IMG/VR virus record: IMGVR_UViG_3300042195_000059
Coordinates: 805 to 64,804 of that record
DNA from: a virus
Strand: one strand, 5' to 3'
Length of the DNA: 64,000 bases
Shown: piece after piece, positions 42,894-50,498 of the stretch
How the letters are laid out: the number at the start of each line of letters is the position of its first letter
How positions within the stretch are numbered: position 1 is the first letter of the stretch
Position numbers and translations under genes: made by a program
Notes under the pieces: generated by a model
Databases searched by the model: none
The model's input: only the letters and a program-made list of their open reading frames with translations
Told to the model about the DNA's origin: nothing

Positions 42894-43111
42894 CCCCCCT
42901 ACAATCAATAACCAAGGCTGCATACGAGGCAGAATGGGGACCGGGAAGCTGGGATCTCGTGTCTGAAGATCGCCAGATGGAGCGGTGCCGGTATATGAGC
43001 GCCGGGTTGATGGCGCTCGCTGCATTCGATTTCAAAGGCCCTCATCTTCTACCCGATGAAGCATTCAAGGCAAGGCTACGCACCATTGCAACGGAGAACA
43101 CCGATGGCTGA
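42890..43111 (+). CDS. hypothetical protein (73 aa)
   Basis: Track ORF trimmed to ATG 42890 (ATGA overlap). Confidence 0.45.
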   Translation: MTPLQSITKAAYEAEWGPGSWDLVSEDRQMERCRYMSAGLMALAAFDFKGPHLLPDEAFKARLRTIATENTDG

Positions 43112-43490
43112 CGATCCAACAGAAGACGAAAAGCTTCCTGCATTTCTTGAACGCATGGCAGGAGAGACTGGTAGTTTTAAAGCGCTCAGCGTCGGTGATG
43201 CCGCCCGGCTTTGCAGCATTGCCGCAAGCTTCTTCGATCTGGATTGCCAAGCTGCAACGCACGTCGAAAGCGTCATCTGCATGCGCTCCGCTCATTTTAC
43301 TGGCGAGCCACCTTACACCGGATGGAAGGGCTTGGGCAAAGCTCTTCGCGAAGATTATGACGACCTTTCAGCGCTAAAGGAAAAGCTGAACGAGGCGAGG
43401 GAAATCATCACCGGACTGCTTGATTTTCCTTTGTCTCCTTCATGGCTTGCCCGCGCCCGCGCTTTCCTGAAGGAGAACGCCAATGGCTGA
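43104..43490 (+). CDS. hypothetical protein (128 aa)
   Basis: Start lies in the conserved ATGGCTGA junction. Confidence 0.5.
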   Translation: MADDPTEDEKLPAFLERMAGETGSFKALSVGDAARLCSIAASFFDLDCQAATHVESVICMRSAHFTGEPPYTGWKGLGKALREDYDDLSALKEKLNEAREIITGLLDFPLSPSWLARARAFLKENANG

Positions 43491-43719
43491 CATGGACAAG
43501 CTGAGAGCAGACCTCCTTGAAACGATAGCCGACGCCATTGCGGATGAATGGTCAGCAAGACCCGGCTGGCATCAGCATTGTGCGGCTGCCGCTCTCTCAG
43601 CGATAGAATCCGCAGGCTACGTCCTTATGCCTAAGGATCAGATCCTCCGCAAGATGAGCCACGAGGAATTCACCGAGATGGTGGAGCGGATCAGGTTCAG
43701 GGAGAATGCAGATGGCTGA
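43483..43719 (+). CDS. hypothetical protein (78 aa)
   Basis: Start lies in the conserved ATGGCTGA junction. Confidence 0.5.
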   Translation: MADMDKLRADLLETIADAIADEWSARPGWHQHCAAAALSAIESAGYVLMPKDQILRKMSHEEFTEMVERIRFRENADG

Positions 43720-44386
43720 TCAGGACAAGACCCCCGGCCAGATCGCATTCGATGCATGGATTGCACATCGGATTGGCGAAGCGACCCATGAAGAAGAGCT
43801 TCTGTGGGGCAATCAACTCACAGAAGACAGATCGATCTGGGAAGCCTCCGCCTCTGCCGTATGGGATCAAGCAGTAGAGGCTTGCATCAGCGCGATTTGC
43901 GAGGATTGCGCCGAGGGTAAACCTATCAGTTACGGCTATACGCATAAGCGGCTCACGCTGACAAAAGATGTTTACGAGGTCAATTGCCCTGCCGAGACCA
44001 TTCACCTCTTAAAGCGCTCTCACCAGAGCCAGACGGGTACGGATGTTCTGTGTCAGGCGAAATCCTCGACGCAAGGCGAGACCGTATCGCGCGAAGGCGC
44101 TCTTCAATTGGACTTGGTTGCGGAAGCGGAAAAGCGGGAATCGCAGCCAGCATGGATGGAAGCACGCAAGATTATCCATCTGTTGGTCCTCCATTGCAAC
44201 GGGCACGTCGATCACTTCGGATCGCATTGTTCGCAATGCAAGGAGGCCACTGCAATCGTCGCCGGACTCATCGCAGCAAATACCCAAGGCCAGATTGATG
44301 AGCCCGGCACGGGCGATGAGATGACCGCTGCAAGTGACGGCGTTTGCCTGACACCAACTATCAATCAGGAGTCGGACAATGGCTGA
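43712..44386 (+). CDS. hypothetical protein (224 aa)
   Basis: ATG 43712 lies in an ATGGCTGA junction with GGGAGA 6 nt upstream. The track start 43706 is also possible. Confidence 0.5.
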   Translation: MADQDKTPGQIAFDAWIAHRIGEATHEEELLWGNQLTEDRSIWEASASAVWDQAVEACISAICEDCAEGKPISYGYTHKRLTLTKDVYEVNCPAETIHLLKRSHQSQTGTDVLCQAKSSTQGETVSREGALQLDLVAEAEKRESQPAWMEARKIIHLLVLHCNGHVDHFGSHCSQCKEATAIVAGLIAANTQGQIDEPGTGDEMTAASDGVCLTPTINQESDNG

Positions 44387-44609
44387 TCTATCCAGAGAAG
44401 AGATAAAAGACTTGGCCGACGAACACGAACTTTCTGGCAATGCATTTGATATGGATGATGAGCCGCAAGCGGTTGGCCATTGCGTCGTGGAAACGCCCGT
44501 TACTCTCAAGGGGCAGCTCACGCTCATGATTAACGTTCAGGGTCTCACCGCGCATGATTTCCACTGTGATTCATACATCCCGGATACGGCGGAGAAGACA
44601 GATGAATGA
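44379..44609 (+). CDS. hypothetical acidic protein (76 aa)
   Basis: Start lies in the conserved ATGGCTGA junction. Confidence 0.5.
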   Translation: MADLSREEIKDLADEHELSGNAFDMDDEPQAVGHCVVETPVTLKGQLTLMINVQGLTAHDFHCDSYIPDTAEKTDE

Positions 44610-45066
44610 CCCCACGCGCAGCGAGCTTCTGGACGAATACTACACCGTTTTGCATCAAGCCCATGCGGCTATGCGGCTTGCCATGAAGGACAGCGGACTG
44701 TCGAATGAAGAAATTTCCTCGAAACTTGGCAAAGAGACGCCGACACTAAAAACGCTGAGCTTCATGGCAACCGAAATCGGTTGTCGCGTGGAATTGATGT
44801 TCACTCCGTTCAGCGAAATTGGCAAATCAAAATCCCGGCCGATGGAAGAAGCCCCATTGGATGGAACACCGCTTCTTCTGTTTGCCCGACACCCGGATGC
44901 TGAAGTCGAAGCACCAATAATCGGAGCATGGCGAGACGGCAATTGGTGGGCTGTACGCTTCATTGGCGAAGCGCCTTGCCGCGTCATCCCGATCGCATGG
45001 ATGCACATACCTGAGTTTACAGACGCGACCCATGCTCCGTTTCACAACCCAGGAGCCGACCAGTGA
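44602..45066 (+). CDS. protein with DUF551-like C-terminal domain (154 aa)
   Basis: Track ORF trimmed to ATG 44602. The C-terminus PLDGTPLLLF...GAWRDGNWW...IAWMHIPE resembles DUF551. Confidence 0.45.
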   Translation: MNDPTRSELLDEYYTVLHQAHAAMRLAMKDSGLSNEEISSKLGKETPTLKTLSFMATEIGCRVELMFTPFSEIGKSKSRPMEEAPLDGTPLLLFARHPDAEVEAPIIGAWRDGNWWAVRFIGEAPCRVIPIAWMHIPEFTDATHAPFHNPGADQ

Positions 45067-45362
45067 GCAGATGCCCTGAATGCCAATACCGCAAGACCAT
45101 GGTAGCGGATTCCCGCCCTCGCGATAACTGGAAAATCGTATTTCGCCGGAGACGATGCGCCAAGTGTGGGCACAGGTTCAATACTATCGAGTCATACGAA
45201 ATGGCGGGCGGAAATGTGGTTGGACCGGCCAAGAGGCGCGCGATTGCAGAGGCAAGGCGCGCTTTGCAATCTGGCATTCGCGTGCTCGATGAAATCGACA
45301 TCTCCGACGAGATCGCCAGAGGCGCCAGCCAGTTTCAGAATACCGGAGGCGACAATGAGTGA
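45063..45362 (+). CDS. NrdR-like zinc-ribbon protein lacking the ATP-cone
   Basis: MSRCPECQYRKTMVADSRPRDNWKIVFRRRRCAKCGHRFNTIE matches the NrdR N-terminal pattern CP.C...T.V.DSR......RRRR.C..C..RF.T.E. At 99 aa it is too short to hold an ATP-cone. Confidence 0.6.
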   Translation: MSRCPECQYRKTMVADSRPRDNWKIVFRRRRCAKCGHRFNTIESYEMAGGNVVGPAKRRAIAEARRALQSGIRVLDEIDISDEIARGASQFQNTGGDNE

Positions 45363-45690
45363 CGGCTACCACGATGACGAGGTGCTGACCCAGACGGAAG
45401 CCGCGCGGCGTCTCAAATACTCGGTCCGCTATTTCTCGACACTGGACATTCCCTATATAGGCCGACACAAGGCGAAGCGCTATCGTTGGGGTGACATAGC
45501 AGCGTGGCAGGAGAGAAATAAAACATGCCCAGCATCTACGTCTTCCGGCGCAAGTGGAAGGACAAGGAAGGCAAGCAGCAAATCGCAAAAGAGTTCTCCG
45601 CAGAGATACGATTCTCAGGCGGTGCCAGATATCTCCGACGTACTGGAGAGACTGAGGAACGGCGCGCAAAAGCGGCTGCCCGCGGCCTAG
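45355..45690 (+). CDS. xis: excisionase-like HTH protein (3' end overlaps int by 166 nt)
   Basis: Track ORF 45166..45690 trimmed to ATG 45355. Motif LTQTEAARRLKYSVRYFSTLDIPYIGRHKAKRYRWGDIAAWQERN (HTH_17/MerR-type). The low-complexity tail continues in frame into int. Confidence 0.55.
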   Translation: MSDGYHDDEVLTQTEAARRLKYSVRYFSTLDIPYIGRHKAKRYRWGDIAAWQERNKTCPASTSSGASGRTRKASSKSQKSSPQRYDSQAVPDISDVLERLRNGAQKRLPAA

Positions 45691-46664
45691 CGGCCGATAT
45701 CGAGGCCAAGGAGCTTCCCAGGCGCGGCAAGGAAGTCATGACGCTGGGGAAGATGTTCGCCAAATGGGGGATGGAGAAGGGCAACGAGCTGCGATCCGGT
45801 AAGGACGTTGCTTGGCAGATCGAGAAGCTCATGCAGTTCATTGGAGAAGCTCGCGAGGTCGCGGAAATCGGCAACAAGAATGTAAACGGATTCGTGCAGG
45901 ACGCCAAGCTGGCTGGTCACGGCCCCGTCGTAATCAACCGATGCCTTGAGCGGCTGCGCGCCACGATGAACTTTGCGGCGAAGCGTTGGGAAGAACCCGT
46001 GCGGGTAATCGATTGGAGAGAATTCCGGCAGAAGGAACCGAAGGCGAGAGAAGTTTATCTGTCGCCGCCCGAAGCGCGCAGATTGATGGAGGCGCTGCCA
46101 AAGCATATTGCGCTGGCGTTTGCATTCACGCTGTACACGGGATGTCGTCTGAACGAGATGCAGACGCTTCGATGGGATTGGATCGACTTCGGGCGCGGCG
46201 TGGCTAATGTGATCACGAAAGCTCAGGGCGCGGAGATTGTCACGCGGCTACTGTGGTTGTCCGAAAAGGCTATGCGCGTGCTTCACGGTGTCGGCGTTCC
46301 GCCAGAGATCGAAATCGGCGCATGCGTGCCAATCGAGAGAGTCAGGGTCTTCACGTTGACGAACCGGCGGCGACATTGGGAAGCCGCTCGCAAGAAGATC
46401 GGGCGGGAGGATCTGCACTGGCATGACATCCGCGCAATGACCGCCAGTTGGGCGCGGCAGTACACGCGAGCGGACAACACGCTGATTGCCGAAACGCTCG
46501 GACACTCTGACGTTGAAGTGACAAGAAGATACACGCGCGTCGTGGACAGGGAGATTGTGGAGATGCTGAATCAGTTGCCGGACATCGACGTTGCAGATGC
46601 CGCGACGGCTGCACCTATCGAATCTACCATCAATCTTATTGACCAGAAGGCGCGGAACACTTAG
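45525..46664 (+). CDS. int: tyrosine integrase
   Basis: Arm-binding-like N-terminus and a C-terminal region HWHDIRAMTASW...LGHSDVEVTRRYTRV (the His/Arg/Tyr catalytic region of tyrosine recombinases). Confidence 0.9.
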   Translation: MPSIYVFRRKWKDKEGKQQIAKEFSAEIRFSGGARYLRRTGETEERRAKAAARGLAADIEAKELPRRGKEVMTLGKMFAKWGMEKGNELRSGKDVAWQIEKLMQFIGEAREVAEIGNKNVNGFVQDAKLAGHGPVVINRCLERLRATMNFAAKRWEEPVRVIDWREFRQKEPKAREVYLSPPEARRLMEALPKHIALAFAFTLYTGCRLNEMQTLRWDWIDFGRGVANVITKAQGAEIVTRLLWLSEKAMRVLHGVGVPPEIEIGACVPIERVRVFTLTNRRRHWEAARKKIGREDLHWHDIRAMTASWARQYTRADNTLIAETLGHSDVEVTRRYTRVVDREIVEMLNQLPDIDVADAATAAPIESTINLIDQKARNT

Positions 46665-46689
46665 AATCGTTGTGAATTAAGGATTTTGT

Positions 46690-46735
46690 TGGTCGGGGCG
46701 GGGTGATTCGAACACCCGACCCTCTGGTCCCAAAA
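46690..46735 (-). other. attachment-site core: 3' 45-46 nt of a tRNA-Pro(UGG) gene (fragment, not a functional tRNA)
   Basis: Minus-strand sense: TTTTGGGACCAGAGGGTCGGGTGTTCGAATCACCCCGCCCCGACCA. This covers an anticodon loop with UGG, a variable loop, the T arm GGGTG/CACCC, the acceptor 3' strand and CCA. The 31 nt where the 5' half should lie (46736-46766) have no tRNA character. Confidence 0.8.
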
Positions 46736-46826
46736 CATAGGGATTGAGGCCAGAACCCTTAGTTTACTAGGGAATTGACAGCGCGAAAGCCGCATATTCG
46801 CGCAAGAACGGTTCATAAACATACGC

Positions 46827-47489
46827 ATGACTTACCATCAAAAGTGTCATCAAGAAACATCCATGAATGATGTGGCCGACATTCCGCGTTGCGCAGATTG
46901 CACATCCTATCCGCTCAGCTTCTGCGATCAGGAGCGCTTTTGCCGGACCGTGATGAAGACCGTCTCGTTTATGCGTCCGGCTTGCGACAAGCAGTCAGAG
47001 CGAGCACGGGGGTGGTCGGCCAATGTGGAACTGCTGAAAGTTCAGGTCCGCCGTCGAAGGGTCAATTTGTTGGGCATGCGCATGGAGAGTGCACTAACGC
47101 GCGCCCATGAACTCGACAAGCAGCGTCAAGTGGATCTTGCCGAGCGTCAGATGGTCGAAGCGTTTCGAGCGGGTCAGTCTGGGGACATTCTTCACAAGGA
47201 GTGGGGCGGGGTCGTTTACTTCGTGCGCTGCGGTGAGTTCATGAAGATCGGGCACACGGCGCATTCAATCAAGAAACGCTTCGACGGGCTGATGAATGGA
47301 AATCCGTACGAGCTGGATTTGATTGGATTAGTGCGCGGCACCGTTCAATTGGAACGACGCTTTCATGCGCATCTGAAAGAGCATCATCATCGTTTGGAGT
47401 GGTTTCGCATTGATCTGCGATTTATGAGGCGTGCCCGTTTACTGATCACGCGCAACGGTGGGCACTTTTTCGGACAGCACCTGTTCTAA
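46827..47489 (+). CDS. T5orf172 / GIY-YIG-like domain protein with Cys-rich N-terminus
   Basis: Motif VYFVRCGEFMKIGHTAHSIKKRFDGL...LERRFHAHLKEHHHRLEWF. Confidence 0.6.
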   Translation: MTYHQKCHQETSMNDVADIPRCADCTSYPLSFCDQERFCRTVMKTVSFMRPACDKQSERARGWSANVELLKVQVRRRRVNLLGMRMESALTRAHELDKQRQVDLAERQMVEAFRAGQSGDILHKEWGGVVYFVRCGEFMKIGHTAHSIKKRFDGLMNGNPYELDLIGLVRGTVQLERRFHAHLKEHHHRLEWFRIDLRFMRRARLLITRNGGHFFGQHLF

Positions 47490-47555
47490 CCGCACGCGCC
47501 ATGCTCTCCGTGGGGTAGAGGGGAGCCGCGACTGTTCTGGAGAAAGGAGAGAAGG

Positions 47556-48122
47556 ATGGCAGAAGCCTATCCGTTACATTGGCCCGCCGGTTGGCCTCGG
47601 ACACGATCGCCGCAGCGGTCGCGCTTCGACGTGACCTTCGAGAAGGCTCGGCAGGAGCTTGTCTGGGAGATCGAGCGCATGGGCGGCCGCTATCCCTTGA
47701 TCTCAACAAACATTGCGTTGCGTCGCGATGGCTATCCCTATGCGAGCGCGAAAGCGCCGGATGATCCTGGCGTCGCCGTCTATTTCCAGAAAGGTGACAA
47801 GCAGATGGTGTTCGCCTGCGATCGCTGGGATCTGGTAAAGGACAATATCAGAGCGATCACGAAGACGATAGAGGCTTTACGCGGGATTGAGCGCTGGGGC
47901 GCGTCGGACATGATGGAGCGGGCGTTCTCAGCGTTCGAAGCTCTCCCGCCGCCGAGCGACTGGCGCGACACTTTCAAGGGCTGCCGGACGGCTGACGACG
48001 TGCAGCGGGAGTTCCGCCGCAAGGCCAAGGAATGTCACCCTGACAGCGGCGGCAATAATACGGCGTTCGCGAAGCTCACAGAGCATTATGAACAGGCAAA
48101 ACGGGAGATGGCTTCAACATGA
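47556..48122 (+). CDS. J-domain (DnaJ-like) protein
   Basis: The C-terminus FRRKAKECHPDSGGNNTAFAKLTEHYEQAK carries the HPD tripeptide. Preceded by AAAGGAGAGAAGG. Confidence 0.7.
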   Translation: MAEAYPLHWPAGWPRTRSPQRSRFDVTFEKARQELVWEIERMGGRYPLISTNIALRRDGYPYASAKAPDDPGVAVYFQKGDKQMVFACDRWDLVKDNIRAITKTIEALRGIERWGASDMMERAFSAFEALPPPSDWRDTFKGCRTADDVQREFRRKAKECHPDSGGNNTAFAKLTEHYEQAKREMAST

Positions 48123-48373
48123 GCCGGATGTCGTTTGACGATCCTCATGGCACCAGCGACCAAGCGCGTCAGCATCTTCTGGATAACCGGTGCGAGCACG
48201 CCACGAAGCGTCACCGCACTCGCAAGCGTCGCATTAAAGTGAGCGCCAAGAAGAAGGCCCGCGTTGCCCATGTGAACGCTCTATATAAAGCACGGCAGCG
48301 GAAATGGAACAAGGCGGCACGGGACTATTGGCAGGGCAGGCGGGACAGCCATCCATGTGGCGGTGATTGGTGA
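48119..48373 (+). CDS. highly basic small protein (84 aa)
   Basis: ATGA coupling. Contains an RKRRIKVSAKKKAR stretch. Confidence 0.45.
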   Translation: MSRMSFDDPHGTSDQARQHLLDNRCEHATKRHRTRKRRIKVSAKKKARVAHVNALYKARQRKWNKAARDYWQGRRDSHPCGGDW

Positions 48374-48421
48374 CCCCTATTCCAACCCTCTCCCTATACG
48401 GGGGAGATTGAGAGGATTAAA

Positions 48422-48865
48422 ATGAGCCTCGATGTTTATTTGAACGAAGGCAGCGCGGGACCGGAGCGCTGGGCGATCTTCATTCGTGAAGACGGCCAGA
48501 ATAAGGAAATCACGCTGGAGGAATGGAACCGGAGATTTCCGGGGCGTCAGCCAGTGCTGGCGAAAGTCGGCGGCGGCAGCACGATCTACGAAGGCAACAT
48601 CACGCACAATCTCACGGAGATGGCCGAAGCAGCCGGACTTTGCAAGCCACTGTGGCGACCAGAAGAAATCGGCATCGAACGCGCTGAGCAGCTTATCGAT
48701 CCGCTCGAAAGCGGTTTGATCGAACTTCGCGCTGACCCCGACAAATACAAGCCGTTCAATCCTGAAAACGGCTGGGGTCATTATGAACTGCTCGTCAGAT
48801 TTGTCGATGACTATCTACAGGCTTGCAAGGAAAATCCTGAAGCCAAGGTTAGCGTTTCACGTTGA
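48422..48865 (+). CDS. hypothetical protein (147 aa)
   Basis: ORF track. Confidence 0.5.
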   Translation: MSLDVYLNEGSAGPERWAIFIREDGQNKEITLEEWNRRFPGRQPVLAKVGGGSTIYEGNITHNLTEMAEAAGLCKPLWRPEEIGIERAEQLIDPLESGLIELRADPDKYKPFNPENGWGHYELLVRFVDDYLQACKENPEAKVSVSR

Positions 48866-48906
48866 TGATCTGGCGCGGGATATGGCGTCAGCCTGATGGA
48901 GGGGAA

Positions 48907-49191
48907 ATGAGCGCTTTCAAGCTGGACATAGACGACAGATCAAGAAATGCTGGTCGCTTCATTAGCCGTGTCCGGCGCGAACTTGCCAAAACATTCACGA
49001 TCGAAGTCGCTAAAGGGAATATAACCAAAGATGGCTTGGCAGCAAAGCTTGAAGTTGAATGGTCAACAATTCAGGCCAAGCTCAATGGTGAGGAAGCCAT
49101 GTCCTGGCGGGACGTTGCCGACATCGCGTGGGCAATGGGGTGTGAAGTGGTCTTGGAGGTGAAGCCGAAGCCGGAGGAAGGGAAGCTATGA
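48907..49191 (+). CDS. hypothetical protein (94 aa, HTH-like)
   Basis: Track ORF trimmed to ATG 48907, preceded by GGAGGGG. Confidence 0.5.
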   Translation: MSAFKLDIDDRSRNAGRFISRVRRELAKTFTIEVAKGNITKDGLAAKLEVEWSTIQAKLNGEEAMSWRDVADIAWAMGCEVVLEVKPKPEEGKL

Positions 49192-49442
49192 CCAACAGAA
49201 TTTTAGAACTCGCACAAGCGAAAGCGCAAGCTGAAAATTTCGTCAACATGCTCGGCATGGTGAACACGCCGACAGACCTGAACGAGCGCATCGCGTCAGA
49301 CGCCAGATACAGGCTTGCAGTTGACGCCGCTATGAAGGCTGATGCCGAGTATAGGGAAGCTATTTCGAATTTGACGCCGGGGGAGTTGCAGGAGCTTGCG
49401 TTGAACGGTGGCTCCGGGAGTAATGGCGGTCAGGTGAAATGA
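49188..49442 (+). CDS. hypothetical protein (84 aa)
   Basis: ATGA coupling. Confidence 0.45.
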   Translation: MTNRILELAQAKAQAENFVNMLGMVNTPTDLNERIASDARYRLAVDAAMKADAEYREAISNLTPGELQELALNGGSGSNGGQVK

Positions 49443-49675
49443 ACGATGATGAAGTGGCCGCAATCGCGGAGCAGCATGACGGCCGGTATTTGATTTCGCG
49501 CTCGGACTGGCGGAATAAGGAAGGCGCATACGATGCGTGCGCCAAGCTGGTTTCCAGTGGACGTGCGCGATGGCTCGGCATCAAGACGTACGCATCAGAA
49601 GGATGCGGCGATCCAGGGCCAGGCATTGAACTGACCCGGCGTCAGGGGCACCTCACCCAATCAGGCGGCGAGTAG
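49439..49675 (+). CDS. hypothetical protein (78 aa)
   Basis: ATGA coupling. Confidence 0.45.
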   Translation: MNDDEVAAIAEQHDGRYLISRSDWRNKEGAYDACAKLVSSGRARWLGIKTYASEGCGDPGPGIELTRRQGHLTQSGGE

Positions 49676-49766
49676 CAGGACACTGGCGCGGCAAAGAGAT
49701 CATCATCAGCCGCCCAATGCCGTCCCGCATTGAAGATCAGTAGCCCAATCGCTATACTGGCAAATA

Positions 49767-50030
49767 TTACGGCGAAAGCAAGGGTGCGATCGCCTTTATC
49801 CAGTCGATCACTACAGGCAGCGGGGCTTGCATCAGCAACGCGATCCCGCCGCCGATGTACAGTAGCGCCTGAGGCTGCGCCAGCTTGCTGAGGTCGAGGC
49901 GCTTGGGCGCTGGCTTGTGGTCCAGTTGCCCTTTGATCTCGGATAGTTCGTTCAGGATCGCCATGATCAGAACTGCCAAATCGGGATGGTCTTGCCGGAG
50001 CCGCCTCAAACTGTCCTCGATGAAATCCAT
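49767..50030 (-). CDS. small protein with C-terminal hydrophobic segment (87 aa)
   Basis: Track ORF trimmed to ATG 50030 (MDFIEDSLRRL...). Preferred over the overlapping Arg/Ala-rich 142-aa ORF. Confidence 0.4.
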   Translation of the reverse strand: MDFIEDSLRRLRQDHPDLAVLIMAILNELSEIKGQLDHKPAPKRLDLSKLAQPQALLYIGGGIALLMQAPLPVVIDWIKAIAPLLSP

Positions 50031-50167
50031 TCGTCTTCCCCGACTCCGCAATATATTCACTGGTTGTCATGTCTTCGCCTGTTTTTCAGAGTTGATTGTT
50101 GTCAGCCATTTGGCGAAACCTTCTTTCGTCTTTTGGTCAGCAGCGGCGTCGATGGTCTAGATCGGCG

Positions 50168-50197
50168 TTGCTGCGCTGCTTGTAGTTGGTGTATAAT
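50168..50197 (+). promoter_or_regulatory. sigma70-like promoter TTGCTG-N18-TATAAT
   Basis: TTGCTG at 50168-50173 and TATAAT at 50192-50197. Confidence 0.45.
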
Positions 50198-50276
50198 CTA
50201 CGGATGATTCAATCGGTTAAGGAGACTCTCATGACCATGTCCACGCGGGTAGCGCCCGCTTCCAAGGAGATGATCG

Positions 50277-50498
50277 ATGAGAGGACGCGCGTTTCGCCGT
50301 CACAAGGCGTACACGAAGATGATGCGCCGGTTGAAGGAAGATCGTAACGAGCACTATGACGATCTGACCTGCGCCTGCTGGCATGATCCCCGCGCAATGG
50401 CGCGGTTCAAAGAGCAACCACAAGTTTGCAGCGGTCGCTGTTGCGGCAACCAGCGGAAGCACGAGGGACCGACGATGCAGGAACGCCGCTGGCTTTAG
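50277..50498 (+). CDS. small Cys-rich basic protein (73 aa)
   Basis: AAGGAG lies 8 nt upstream. Motifs CACW ... CSGRCCGNQRKHEGPTMQE. Confidence 0.5.
   Translation: MRGRAFRRHKAYTKMMRRLKEDRNEHYDDLTCACWHDPRAMARFKEQPQVCSGRCCGNQRKHEGPTMQERRWL

Noticed and set aside
46690-46766. Complete tRNA-Pro gene on the minus strand next to int
   Set aside because: Only the anticodon loop through the CCA end (about 46 nt) is tRNA-like. The 31 nt where the acceptor 5' strand, D arm and anticodon 5' stem should lie (TAAACTAAGGGTTCTGGCCTCAATCCCTATG in tRNA sense) cannot pair with the 3' half. It is called an att core fragment instead.
49642-50070. 142-aa minus-strand ORF
   Set aside because: Its Ala/Arg/Pro-rich composition looks like an off-frame product. 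The overlapping 87-aa frame (49767-50030) has a ribosome-binding site and a protein-like sequence.
50231-50347. 38-aa ORF with a strong AAGGAG ribosome-binding site, overlapping the 73-aa ORF out of frame
   Set aside because: It cannot be separated from chance or from a leader peptide on sequence alone. The 73-aa Cys-rich ORF also has AAGGAG and looks like a conserved small phage protein. The 38-aa ORF was left unannotated.
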